This document shows positions 17,769-27,521 of a stretch of 64,000 nt of DNA, in pieces. A program made the position numbers and the translations under genes. The notes below the pieces were generated by a model. The model was not told the origin of the DNA. It saw only the letters and a program-made list of their open reading frames with translations, and ran no database searches. Position 1 is the stretch's first letter, and the number at the start of each line of letters is the position of its first letter. This DNA is from Verrucomicrobiales bacterium (GTDB taxonomy: Bacteria > Verrucomicrobiota > Verrucomicrobiia > Verrucomicrobiales > V1-33), in the NCBI GenBank assembly GCA_031411295.1, contig JANOAV010000072.1:15103-79102 (forward strand), written 5' to 3'.

Positions 17769-18920
17769 TCAAGCGGTGCAAGCGACCGCTTCGTCGTAAT
17801 ACGTCTCCAGAATTTCCGTTTGCCGCACCCGGGCAAATTTTGCCGCTACCTCCTCCATGGCAGCCTGCGCCATGGAGCGATACCTCGTTTCGTCACCCAT
17901 CATCGTCAGTGCCCCAGCCGCCAGTCCTGCTGCGTCCCCTTCTGCTACCAGCCATCCGCTAACGCCGTGGGTCACGGCCTCGGGAATGCCGCCATGGAGC
18001 GTTGCCAGCACGGGCAAGCCCGTGGCCATGGCTTCCAGCATGGCGTTAGGCACGCCCTCGCGATTCCCATCCGCCGGGGTCTCGCTGGGATGAATAAAGA
18101 GATGGGCGGCCTGCACCGCCGCCCGTAATTGATCCTGATTAAGAAAGCCAGGGAATGCCACCCGATCCTCCAGTCCCCATTCTTTTGCGAGTTGCTCCAA
18201 TTCAGCCCGTAAAGGGCCATCGCCAGCCAAGGTCAGCTTCGCGTGGGGAAATTTCCGGCTAATTTCGCGAAACGCAATCAACGTGGCGCGCAGTCCTTTC
18301 TTGGGCACTAACCGACACGCTTGCAGCAAATGCCATTCTCCTGCCGCCGGCCACGGACGCTCCATAAATGGCCATTCATTCATGGGGATTCCGGTGCGCT
18401 GGAGGCGTAGTTTTTCCGGCGGGCAGCCCAATGCTCGCAACCCCTCCAACAGTGATTCTGATCTGCCCAGCACCAGCTTTGCGTTCGCGAACACCGCCTC
18501 CAAGGCCGCCTTCATGGCCGGCTTCGTCACATCCACACCCACATCCGCCCCATGAAATGAGACCACCACTGGCTTCGGACACGTCTTGATGAGCGGGAGC
18601 AATTGAATCGCCATGTGGCCAAAAAAGATGTGCACCACATCTGCATCGTAGCGATAAATTTCCTTCAGAATGGCGATGACTCGATCCGTGCTAATCTGTA
18701 ACGGTTGCCGCAGCACGTGCTTATACCAATTCCGCCGCATCCAGCGCCAGGGCGGCTTCGGCAGCACCGAGGTGCTCTTGTTGGAGAAACGAAAGACCTC
18801 GGCATTCTCGCGTTTTTGGCAGATCACCACTGGCTTCCAACGCTGCAACGACACGATCTGTCGATAGACATGTTGCATGTCCTTCTTCAGGAAATCGTGG
18901 CAATAGCAGGCGACCGTCAT
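17769..18920 (-). CDS. Glycosyltransferase family 4
   Basis: SFHGAD, RLVPKKG, EGVPNAMLEAMATGLPVLATLHGGIPEAV; start placed at MTVACY. Confidence 0.92.
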   Translation of the reverse strand: MTVACYCHDFLKKDMQHVYRQIVSLQRWKPVVICQKRENAEVFRFSNKSTSVLPKPPWRWMRRNWYKHVLRQPLQISTDRVIAILKEIYRYDADVVHIFFGHMAIQLLPLIKTCPKPVVVSFHGADVGVDVTKPAMKAALEAVFANAKLVLGRSESLLEGLRALGCPPEKLRLQRTGIPMNEWPFMERPWPAAGEWHLLQACRLVPKKGLRATLIAFREISRKFPHAKLTLAGDGPLRAELEQLAKEWGLEDRVAFPGFLNQDQLRAAVQAAHLFIHPSETPADGNREGVPNAMLEAMATGLPVLATLHGGIPEAVTHGVSGWLVAEGDAAGLAAGALTMMGDETRYRSMAQAAMEEVAAKFARVRQTEILETYYDEAVACTA

Positions 18921-18928
18921 CCGATCAG

Positions 18929-20041
18929 TTAGGGGATCCGCAGATAGACCATGCACACTGGGGAGCGCAACGTCATCGGTTGGCCTTGCTGGGTCAACTT
19001 GCCCGTTCCTGGATCGACTGCATACGTCACCAGCGTCTCGGCAGACTGATTGCCTGCCAGCATCCATTTCCCATTCGGATGCACCGCAAAGTGGCGTGGG
19101 GCCGGACCCGTGGTGCTGGTGGTATCGACAAATTTCAGCTTGCCGGCAGCATCAACCTCGTAACGCACGATGCTGTTATGACCCCGGTTCGAGCCGTAGA
19201 GGACCCTGCCGTTCGGGTGGAACTCAATTTCCGCCGTGGAATTGTCCTTCACCGCCTCCGGCAAGGTGCTCACGCTCTCGATAGCCGTCAGGGTGCCCTT
19301 CGCAGCATCCCAGGCAAACGAGGTCACGGTGTTATCCAGTTCGTTGATGATATAGAATTTGCTGCCATCAGGACTGAACGTGCCATGGCGTGGACCGGCT
19401 CCCGGGGCGGTGACTCCAGCGTCCGGGGTGTTAGGAGTCAGCAGTCCTTTGGCCGCATCGAACTTGTAAACGTTGATTTTATCTGTCCCCAAATCTGCCA
19501 CCAGCGCAAACTTCTCATCTGGACTGAGATATACTCCATGGGCATGCGGTCCTTCCTGACGGCCGGCGTTAGGGCCCTTGCCTGCATGCTGAATGAAGGA
19601 ACTTGCGGGAGCCAGGCAGCCGTCGGCCTTGATCGGCAAGCACGTCACGCTGCCGCTGCCGTAATTGGCCGCCAGCAAATTCTTACGGGCCTTGTCCACG
19701 AAGACGTGGCAGGGGCCGTTGCCCTTGGTGCCTTCGGTGTTCAGCAAGGTCAATTTCCCGGTCGCCCGGTCAATTTTATAGGCCGCCACCGTGCCCGGTT
19801 GACGTTCGTGAATCGCGTAGAGGAACTCCCCCTTGGCATCAATCGCCAGAAAAGTTGGATTCGGAGCGGCCGCTACGAATCCCAGATTCTCGATCTTGCC
19901 GGTGGCTTCATCGAATTTCAGGCAGGAAATGCCTTCCTCCGGTCCCTTCGTGTAGGAACCAACGTAAACAAAGCAAGTATCAGCAGGAGCAATTTGGGAC
20001 ATGGCGGCAGTAATCAGCAGTGAGGTGAGGGTAGTTTTCAT
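18929..20041 (-). CDS. pgl: Lactonase family beta-propeller (6-phosphogluconolactonase-like), signal peptide
   Basis: YVGSYT, ANYGSGS, RQEGPHAH, ADLGTD, GPRH, SNRGHNS; start placed at MKTTLT. Confidence 0.85.
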   Translation of the reverse strand: MKTTLTSLLITAAMSQIAPADTCFVYVGSYTKGPEEGISCLKFDEATGKIENLGFVAAAPNPTFLAIDAKGEFLYAIHERQPGTVAAYKIDRATGKLTLLNTEGTKGNGPCHVFVDKARKNLLAANYGSGSVTCLPIKADGCLAPASSFIQHAGKGPNAGRQEGPHAHGVYLSPDEKFALVADLGTDKINVYKFDAAKGLLTPNTPDAGVTAPGAGPRHGTFSPDGSKFYIINELDNTVTSFAWDAAKGTLTAIESVSTLPEAVKDNSTAEIEFHPNGRVLYGSNRGHNSIVRYEVDAAGKLKFVDTTSTTGPAPRHFAVHPNGKWMLAGNQSAETLVTYAVDPGTGKLTQQGQPMTLRSPVCMVYLRIP

Positions 20042-20120
20042 TTCATGGTGGTATTTCTGGCGGTAGTGGTAAAGGTTCCGGTGCGAGACGTCAATTCCGC
20101 ATCTCTGCAACTTCCATTTC

Positions 20121-20798
20121 ATGCCCACCGCCCCCGTCCGCATTACCTGTGCCGGGCAATCCCTGCGATTGCTGCCGCAGCGCTGTGCCTTCTGGGAAGA
20201 GCGACGCGCCTTGTTGCTGGCGGATTTGCATCTGGGGAAGTCCGCCACCTTCCGGCATCATGGCATTGCCCTGCCGGAGGGCGATACCGCCGCGGACTTG
20301 GCCAGGCTCGATTCCGCCCTGGTGGAAACGAACGCGGAATCCATCATCATCGTAGGCGATCTCTTTCATGCCGCCTCCGCTCGCTCCGCCACGGTGATGG
20401 CAATTTTTGCGGCCTGGCGCGCGCAACATCCGGAGTTACTAGTGCAACTCGTGATCGGTAATCATGATCGGGGCGCGCTGCCGCCTAACCAATGCGGCAT
20501 TGTCCTCACCGGGGTGAAATACGACACTGGCACCCTTGCATTCATTCACGACCCGGCCGATCTCAAGGAGGAATCCTTTGCCATCTGCGGCCACCTGCAC
20601 CCGGTGGTGCGATTGCCCGGTGGGAATGGGAAACTCAGCGCACCCTGCTTCTGGCATGCTCCGCGCATGTTAGTGCTGCCCAGCTTCGGCGGATTCACTG
20701 GAGGCCCGCCCCTGCGCCCGCGGCGGGATTCCACTTACTATGCCTTGGCAGAAAATCGCGTTCTTCCCGTGCCCGGGCCACTTTTGTTTGCGTCATGA
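20121..20798 (+). CDS. pdeM: Ligase-associated DNA damage response endonuclease (metallophosphoesterase)
   Basis: ADLHLGKSATFR..GIALPEG, VGDLFH, GNHD, CGHLHP, LPSFGGFTGG. Confidence 0.85.
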   Translation: MPTAPVRITCAGQSLRLLPQRCAFWEERRALLLADLHLGKSATFRHHGIALPEGDTAADLARLDSALVETNAESIIIVGDLFHAASARSATVMAIFAAWRAQHPELLVQLVIGNHDRGALPPNQCGIVLTGVKYDTGTLAFIHDPADLKEESFAICGHLHPVVRLPGGNGKLSAPCFWHAPRMLVLPSFGGFTGGPPLRPRRDSTYYALAENRVLPVPGPLLFAS

Positions 20799-21931
20799 TT
20801 TACCTGGATAACAACGCCACCACGCCCATGGACCCTGCCGTGTTTGCGGCCATGCGACCTTATCTGGAAACGCAGTTTGCCAATCCCAGCAGCAGTTCCG
20901 CGGCTGCGCGCACCGCCCAGCGAGCCATCGCCCACGCGCGAACTCAGGTCGCCACGCTTCTGGGATGCGAGCCCCGGGAAATCATCTTCACCAGCGGAGG
21001 CACCGAAGCCAACAACACCGCCATTTTCTCTGCGACCGAACTCTTTCCTGATCGCAAACATATCATCACCGGGGCCACGGAGCATGATGCGGTGCGGCAT
21101 TACCTCGATTGGCTGGAGACCAAACACGGCTACGAAATCACGCGACTGCCGGTTTCCGCCTGCGGTGAAATTTCGCCCTCCCAAGTGGCCGCCGCCATAC
21201 GCCCCCAACAGACCGCTCTCGTGACGCTGATGTGGGCGAACAACGAGACGGGCGTGCTGCATCCGGTGGAGGAAGTGGCGGATCTGGCGGCCTCCCATAG
21301 TGTGCTCTTTCACACCGATGCGGTGCAAGCCGTCGGGAAGTTGCCGCTGAATTTGCGCCGGACGAAAATCCACACGCTGGCTCTCAGCGGGCACAAAATC
21401 CACGGCCCCAAAGGCATCGGGGCGCTCTACGTCAATCACCGCACCGCCTTTCAACCATGGGTGTTAGGTGGAGGTCAGGAAAATTTTCGTCGTGCGGGCA
21501 CCGAAAATGTTGCTGGCATCGTCGGACTGGGAGCCGCTGCCGCGCTGGCCATGGCAACGCCCAGCAGCCTGCGGGATGAGTTTGAGAGGGAACTCAACGC
21601 TGCCATTCCGGACCTCATCATCAACGGAGGCAATGTGCCCCGCCTCCCGAACACCAGCAACATCCTGATTCCCGGGACCCAAGCCGAAGGCATGATGATT
21701 CTGCTGGAGAAGCAAAACATCAGCGTCAGTGCAGGCAGCGCCTGTCACGCGGGAGCCTTGCATCCCAGTCACGTCTTGGAAGCCATGGGCTTGGATGCAG
21801 CCGCCGCCCGTGCTTGTCTGCGCATTTCATTCGGCCGGATGAATCAGGTGATTGATATGCCGCACCTCATCGAATCCTTCGTGCAAGCCACCCAAAAAAT
21901 GAGAGCGCTGTTAGGGACCACACCGATGTAG
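20795..21931 (+). CDS. Cysteine desulfurase (IscS/NifS type)
   Basis: MIYLDNNATT, FTSGGTEANN, HTDAVQAVGK, SGHKIHGPKG, SAGSACH. Confidence 0.93.
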   Translation: MIYLDNNATTPMDPAVFAAMRPYLETQFANPSSSSAAARTAQRAIAHARTQVATLLGCEPREIIFTSGGTEANNTAIFSATELFPDRKHIITGATEHDAVRHYLDWLETKHGYEITRLPVSACGEISPSQVAAAIRPQQTALVTLMWANNETGVLHPVEEVADLAASHSVLFHTDAVQAVGKLPLNLRRTKIHTLALSGHKIHGPKGIGALYVNHRTAFQPWVLGGGQENFRRAGTENVAGIVGLGAAAALAMATPSSLRDEFERELNAAIPDLIINGGNVPRLPNTSNILIPGTQAEGMMILLEKQNISVSAGSACHAGALHPSHVLEAMGLDAAAARACLRISFGRMNQVIDMPHLIESFVQATQKMRALLGTTPM

Positions 21932-21937
21932 TCAGGG

Positions 21938-21956
21938 GTGGGTTTCAGCCCACGGC
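21938..21956. repeat. Single REP-like palindrome
   Basis: GTGGGTTTCAGCCCACGGC; same family as the arms at 22071 and 22209. Confidence 0.7.
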
Positions 21957-22049
21957 AACATTTCCGATGGAATTTCGAGTCCGCATTCGCTTTTCGCAGA
22001 CCTCACAGACCAAAGCCTAATGCCTTTTGGTATTCGTTGTTTTTTTCGA

Positions 22050-22253
22050 CCGCATTAGCGGTCCTGGACGGTAGCCGTGGGCTTCAGCCCACGGTTGATC
22101 ACAAAGCCAAGCATGTCGCGTAGCGACATCGGAACTCAACAGGAAGCGCGGGTGGCAGTGCGGGGCGCGTTCCTATGTCGCGACGCGACATGTTATCCTC
22201 CCGGATGGCCCGTGGGCTGAAGCCCACGGCTATCATCCGTGACCGCTACGCGG
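22050..22253. repeat. Nested palindromic REP doublet / MITE-like element between convergent genes
   Basis: About 45-bp outer inverted arms containing TAGCCGTGGGCTTCAGCCCACGG; inner ATGTCGCGTAGCGACAT / ATGTCGCGACGCGACAT; central AGGAAGCGCG...CGCGTTCCT. Confidence 0.85.
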
Positions 22254-22318
22254 CCGAGAACCGACCAATACCTAAAGGCCTTCGACTAACAGTCCAAGAC
22301 AACTGTTGCCCCCCGGCT

Positions 22319-22912
22319 TCACAACTCCCGCACCCAAAACGTCAGGAGCTTGGCCGACTCTGTTTCCTCACCAATTTCCTTCCAGGTAAACGTCGTCTGC
22401 AGTTCCGGATGCCGCACAAACCCTTGCGCCTGCCAGAAGCTGTCCAGCGGACGATAATCAGAGGGTCGCAGCGGATGATCCACGGGGCGATCCACCGCGC
22501 AGAAGGCGCATCGTTTGATACCCGACAAACTCCTGGCATGAGCCAGCCGCCGCCGCATAAACTCCTTTCCCACACCGTGCCCACGATACTCCGGCAGCAA
22601 AATGCTTTCGCCAAAATAGCAGATTTCACTGAGATCGTATCCCGCGTGGACAAACGGCGCTTGAAACTCCGGCCCCTCTTCGGCCATGGGCATACAGGTG
22701 GTGGCACCCACGGCCCGACTTCCGTCATACGCCAGCACCACCAAACTGTGGGGACACTGCACATAAGTTTGCAAGTAATCACGTTCATACTCCAGCGCGC
22801 CATCATAAAGATAGGGGAACTCGCGAAAGACCGCAATTCGCAACCCACCCAGCGCATCGACATGCGGGGTCAGTTCGAAGCCAGAACACGGGACATATTG
22901 CAGCTCAGCCAT
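22319..22912 (-). CDS. GNAT N-acetyltransferase
   Basis: LRIAVFREFPYLYDG, YFGESILLPEYRGHGVG, FCAVDRP.DHP. Confidence 0.88.
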   Translation of the reverse strand: MAELQYVPCSGFELTPHVDALGGLRIAVFREFPYLYDGALEYERDYLQTYVQCPHSLVVLAYDGSRAVGATTCMPMAEEGPEFQAPFVHAGYDLSEICYFGESILLPEYRGHGVGKEFMRRRLAHARSLSGIKRCAFCAVDRPVDHPLRPSDYRPLDSFWQAQGFVRHPELQTTFTWKEIGEETESAKLLTFWVREL

Positions 22913-22968
22913 GGCTCCACCGTGGGGCGCTGGGGATGATTGGCAACCAAGATTTCGTCGCCTGCGGG

Positions 22969-24138
22969 CTAGCCATTCCCGCTGGACAATTGATCGTCAC
23001 CCCGGCTGGGCACTAGCGAAGGACGACCGACGATAAGTGGGTCCACGGAACCGATCCGCTCCAGGTTCTTCTTTCCGTAGGGCAGGCGATGCAGCAGGTA
23101 GCGCATCGCATTAAGCCGGGCGCGCTTTTTACAGTCGGATTTGATGACCGTCCACGGGGCGTCGGAGGTATCGCAATGGAGGAACATGGCTTCCTTGGCC
23201 CGGGTGTAGGCGTCCCACTTGTCCAGTGAGGCCAGATCGATGGGACTAAGTTTCCATTGTTTCAGCGGGTGAGCCTGGCGTTCTTTGAAGCGCCTCCGTT
23301 GCTCATTGCGACTAACGGAGAACCAGAATTTGAACAAATGCACGCCGCTGCGCACCAGGCTGCGTTCAAACTCCGGGGCCTGCCGCATGAATTCGTCGTA
23401 TTCCGCATCGGTGCAGAAACCCATGACGCGCTCCACCCCGGTGCGATTATACCAACTGCGGTCGAACAAGACAATTTCTCCCTTGGTCGGCAGGTGGGAA
23501 ATGTAGCGTTGGAAATACCATTGCCCGCGTTCCACTTCGTTGGGTTTCTCCAACGCCACCACCCGCGCGCCCCGGGGATTGAGGTGCTCCATGAATCGCT
23601 TTATCGCGCCACCCTTGCCTGCGGCATCGCGACCCTCAAAAAGAATCACCACCCGCTGACCGGTTTCCTTGACCCAAGCCTGGAGTTTCAAGAGTTCGAC
23701 TTGCAGCTTATACTTCTGCTGTTCGTAATTCTTGCGGGAAAGTAAATTCAGGTAGGGATAAGTCCCCTCCCGCCAGCCTGGGGCAAGCTCCAAATCGGGA
23801 TCGTTGGTGGGTCCCGCCGCCGCTGGCGGGGAGAATAGGGCGCGTCGCAGGGCTTTGACTTCATCGGGTGAAGCTCCGGCCAGGAGGGCCTTCATTTGCT
23901 CCAGCGGTTCTCCCGTAGGTTCCCCGGCGGCATGGCGGGCGAGCAGGTTGCTCAGCGTCATTTCCTGCTGCGTGTGCGCGCGGGCACTGGCCTTGGCGAT
24001 GACGTGTTGCTTGATGCCGACGGCGGAAATGACGTCTGCGGTATCGCCCGATGCAGCTTTGCGTGGGGCGCTGGGCCTGCTGACCGCTTTCTTGGCTTTG
24101 ACTTTGCGAACGTTAGGAGAGGTTGGTTTCGAGGGCAT
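22969..24138 (-). CDS. ppk2: Polyphosphate kinase 2
   Basis: FEGRDAAGKGG, LNPRG, FDRSWYNR, KQWKLSPID. Confidence 0.93.
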   Translation of the reverse strand: MPSKPTSPNVRKVKAKKAVSRPSAPRKAASGDTADVISAVGIKQHVIAKASARAHTQQEMTLSNLLARHAAGEPTGEPLEQMKALLAGASPDEVKALRRALFSPPAAAGPTNDPDLELAPGWREGTYPYLNLLSRKNYEQQKYKLQVELLKLQAWVKETGQRVVILFEGRDAAGKGGAIKRFMEHLNPRGARVVALEKPNEVERGQWYFQRYISHLPTKGEIVLFDRSWYNRTGVERVMGFCTDAEYDEFMRQAPEFERSLVRSGVHLFKFWFSVSRNEQRRRFKERQAHPLKQWKLSPIDLASLDKWDAYTRAKEAMFLHCDTSDAPWTVIKSDCKKRARLNAMRYLLHRLPYGKKNLERIGSVDPLIVGRPSLVPSRGDDQLSSGNG

Positions 24139-24336
24139 AAGAATGGATCAGGTGGTGGAACAGCAGGCACGCTGTCGGAGGCGTAATATGTCACAATTCC
24201 GTCACATTTCCAAGGGTATCTTCCCATTCTGCTTAGCATCAACATGTGGGGCTTAACCTTGGTAACCATGCGGTTGACCGATTGAGATTAGAATCTGACG
24301 GTAGGGAGCAATCTTCCAACTCACACTCCGCCTAAC

Positions 24337-24813
24337 ATGCTCCCCATTGATCCCCAAGTCCGCATCGGCCACGTGCATTTAAAAGTGGCGGATCTTGAGC
24401 TTGCGCTGGGGTTTTGGCGGGATGTGCTGGGGTTTACCGTCACGCAGCGTCTGGGGCCGCAGGCGGCATTTCTTTCCGCAGGTGGATATCATCACCACAT
24501 CGGGCTCAATACTTGGGAAAGTGCTGGCGGCCCGCCGCCTCGCACCGGAACCACCGGACTCTATCATGTGGCCATTTTGTATCCCACCCGGGCCTTGCTG
24601 GCGGATGCCTTGCGGCGCGTGATGCAGGCGGGAATTCCGTTGGATGGGGCGGCCGATCATGGAGTTAGTGAAGCCATTTATTTGCGGGATCCCGATGGCA
24701 ACGGGGTGGAACTTTACTGGGATCGACCAGACCAGCAATGGCCCCGGACGGCGGATGGAAGTCTCCAAATGTTCACGCACGCCTTGGATCTCGCGGACTT
24801 GCTCAAATATTAA
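24337..24813 (+). CDS. VOC/glyoxalase family protein (CatE-like)
   Basis: IGHVHLKVADL, SAGGYHHHIGLNTW, DHGVSEAIYLRDPDGNGVELY. Confidence 0.9.
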   Translation: MLPIDPQVRIGHVHLKVADLELALGFWRDVLGFTVTQRLGPQAAFLSAGGYHHHIGLNTWESAGGPPPRTGTTGLYHVAILYPTRALLADALRRVMQAGIPLDGAADHGVSEAIYLRDPDGNGVELYWDRPDQQWPRTADGSLQMFTHALDLADLLKY

Positions 24814-24947
24814 TTGCCGAACTGTGCGAAGAGAATGTTCCAACATGCGGGGGATTTTCCTAGCCGGGGTCGGGGATCAGGTGCTAGAAATAGCGCTGCG
24901 TTCTGTAATCGCTTAAATTAAGATCACCTCTAACTGTAAAAAATTAT

Positions 24948-25688
24948 ATGACCTGGCTCTTTGAACCGCATAACACGATCTTTACGATTGCCTTCGTGGT
25001 TATGCTTTGCTTTGCGATTCTGGAAATTCTCAGTTTGCTTTTAGGACTGGGGATTTCCGAGTGGTTGCACGATCTGCTGCCGCATGGGGGTGATTCCAGT
25101 GGGGAAGTCGGGATGGATGCCCATGCTCATGTCGATGTGGATGGTTCCCTTGATACGCAGCTGGAGTCCGGGATGGGGCATGATGGTAATATTGGCATGA
25201 TGCATAGCCTCTTGAATTGGCTGGAAATCGGCAAATTGCCGCTCTTGGTCACGATGAACATTTTCTTCGCAGCCTTCAGTATCACTGGTTTCCTACTGCA
25301 AGGAATCACTATTCTGATCACAGAGGATCGCGCCTTGCCGCCTTGGTTGGCTGCATTGGTGGCTTTTGCGGTAGCGCTGCCTGCGCTCAAGGCGGGAAAC
25401 AAATTGTTCAGCAAGATTTGGCCGCAGGACGAGACGAGCGCAGTGAACCAAGCGGAGTTTATCGGCTGTCATGGAGTCGTGGCGACGGGACTGGCCACCT
25501 CCGAGCGGGCTGCCGAAGTCAAGTTCGTCGGCCCCCGTGGCGATGTGCATTATTTCATGGCGTTCGCCATCCGGGAGGATTTGCCGCAAGGCACTCCCAT
25601 CGTGGTCGTCGCTAAGCACACCGAAAAACTATCTCATTTTATGGTCATGCGTAACCCCGATCCCCAGGCTGGCGGCTTCAATAAATAA
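24948..25688 (+). CDS. YqiJ/DUF1449 family membrane protein (NfeD-like OB-fold)
   Basis: N-terminal TM, LLNWLEIGKLPLLV, PQDETSAV, directly upstream of a flotillin. Confidence 0.75.
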   Translation: MTWLFEPHNTIFTIAFVVMLCFAILEILSLLLGLGISEWLHDLLPHGGDSSGEVGMDAHAHVDVDGSLDTQLESGMGHDGNIGMMHSLLNWLEIGKLPLLVTMNIFFAAFSITGFLLQGITILITEDRALPPWLAALVAFAVALPALKAGNKLFSKIWPQDETSAVNQAEFIGCHGVVATGLATSERAAEVKFVGPRGDVHYFMAFAIREDLPQGTPIVVVAKHTEKLSHFMVMRNPDPQAGGFNK

Positions 25689-25714
25689 TTATCTATCACT
25701 AAAATAACAAAACT

Positions 25715-27457
25715 ATGATTCAATCCCAACTCACTAACCTGCCAACTTTTCTCGGAGTCGGTCCGCTTGACAGTTTTCTCAACAACTCCGCGCTGTTAAT
25801 CGGGGTGGCAGTTTTCGCCCTGCTCATGATCATGCTCGGCATTGCCTCCCGCTTCTATAAGCGGGCCAGTAAAGAGATGTCCTACGTCCGCACCGGCTTG
25901 GGCGGGCAGAAAGTAGTGGCCGATGGTGGGGCCATTGTGCTGCCAATTTTCCATCAGATTACGCCAGTGAACATGATGACGCTGAGGTTGGTAGTGGAAC
26001 GGAAGAATGAAGAAGCCTTGATCACGTTCGACCGGATTCGCGCAGATGTAAGTGCTGAGTTTTATGTCCGGGTGAGCAAGGACGTAGAAGCCATCGCCCA
26101 GGCTGCGCAGTCCTTCGGTAATAAGACCCTGAACCCACATGAACTCAAGGAGTTGCTGCAAGGTAAGTTTGTGGATGCGCTGCGCTCCGTGGCCGCCCAG
26201 ATGGACATGCAGACGCTGCATGAGAAGCGCGTGGACTTCGTGCAATCCGTGCAAACTACGGTGGCGGAGGATTTGGCCAAAAACGGACTCGAATTGGAAG
26301 CGGTTTCGCTCACTGGCTTCGACCAAACCAGCATTGATTACTTCAACGCCAGCAATAGTTTCGATGCCCAGGGCTTGGCTAACATTGCTAAGATTACCGA
26401 AGCCAAGCGCGAAGAACGGAATCGGATCGAACAGGAGACGCGGATCCAGATTGAGCAGAAAAACCTCGAAGCAGAGCGCAAATCGCTCACGATTAAGCAG
26501 GAGGGTGAATTTGCCAGACTGGAACAGGAGAAGGCCATCTCCACCTTGCGGGCGGAACAGGAATCGCAGGTGAAGACAGAGCAATCCCGTCGGCGGCGGG
26601 AAGCTGAAGAAGCGGAGATTCTGGCCCAGAAGCAAGTGGCCATGCAGATGATCAATAAGGAGCGCGAAATCGAAGCGGGCAACATTGATAAAGAGAAGCA
26701 GATTCAAATGACCGACATTCTGCGGCTGCAAGCGGTGCAACTGGCAGAACAAGAATCCGCCGTAACCGTCGCCAATAAAAGTGAGGAAAAGTCGAAAGCC
26801 GAAGCCAATGCTGCGATCGCTATGGCCGAGAAGGTGAAGAACGAAGAAAACGTTGTTACGGTGAAACGTCTGGCGGAAGCCAACCGAGCCAAGGAAGTGG
26901 AAGTCATCAAGGCAAGGGAAGACGCCGAAAAGAGCGCCACGCGGATTACGCTGGCCGCTGAAGCGGAGAAAACGGCTGCCATGGACATGGCTGAGGCCAA
27001 ACTAACCACAGCCCGTGCTGAGGCGGAGGCCATCATCATTCGGGCCGAAGCGGATCACAAACGCTTTGAAACTGAGGCGTTTGGTGAACAATCCATCAAC
27101 ACCGCCAAGAACCTGCAAAGTGCCGCTACCATGGAGTATGCCTTCAAGCATGCCCTGGCGGAACTGGCACCCGCCATCATTGCCGCCAGCGTGAAACCGC
27201 TCGAAAAAATCGAAAGCATGCGCGTCATCAGCACCAACGGTCCGCTCTTTGGCGGCAGCGGTGGCGGCAGCAGCGATCCTACCGTCACTGCGGCTGGTGG
27301 GAACATGCCAGATCAATTAGTTGGGGCGTTAATGAAACACCGCCTGCAAATGCCCATGATCGATGATTTGCTTAAGCAGTTGGGCATTGATGCGGCCAAT
27401 CCCGCCAAACTCCCCGAAGCCCTAACCACCGAGCGCTTCACCCCGCCGGAGGCGTGA
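25715..27457 (+). CDS. Flotillin / SPFH protein (YqiK-like)
   Basis: VRTGLGGQKVVADGGAIVLP, ALITFDRIRADV.AEFYVRV, NGLELEAVSLT.FDQT, long AEA coiled coil. Confidence 0.9.
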   Translation: MIQSQLTNLPTFLGVGPLDSFLNNSALLIGVAVFALLMIMLGIASRFYKRASKEMSYVRTGLGGQKVVADGGAIVLPIFHQITPVNMMTLRLVVERKNEEALITFDRIRADVSAEFYVRVSKDVEAIAQAAQSFGNKTLNPHELKELLQGKFVDALRSVAAQMDMQTLHEKRVDFVQSVQTTVAEDLAKNGLELEAVSLTGFDQTSIDYFNASNSFDAQGLANIAKITEAKREERNRIEQETRIQIEQKNLEAERKSLTIKQEGEFARLEQEKAISTLRAEQESQVKTEQSRRRREAEEAEILAQKQVAMQMINKEREIEAGNIDKEKQIQMTDILRLQAVQLAEQESAVTVANKSEEKSKAEANAAIAMAEKVKNEENVVTVKRLAEANRAKEVEVIKAREDAEKSATRITLAAEAEKTAAMDMAEAKLTTARAEAEAIIIRAEADHKRFETEAFGEQSINTAKNLQSAATMEYAFKHALAELAPAIIAASVKPLEKIESMRVISTNGPLFGGSGGGSSDPTVTAAGGNMPDQLVGALMKHRLQMPMIDDLLKQLGIDAANPAKLPEALTTERFTPPEA

Positions 27458-27521
27458 TGCGGTCGGGCGATTGCTGGAACTTGGGTGCGCTTTGAGGCTG
27501 GCTCGACCTGCGCCTTTCACC

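Noticed and set aside
22175..22939. 254-aa plus-strand ORF and other long antisense ORFs (e.g. 18980-20023, 25796-26752, 48262-49029, 5933-6874)
   Set aside because: They lie antisense to well-supported genes and show no recognisable motifs, which is expected in GC-rich DNA.
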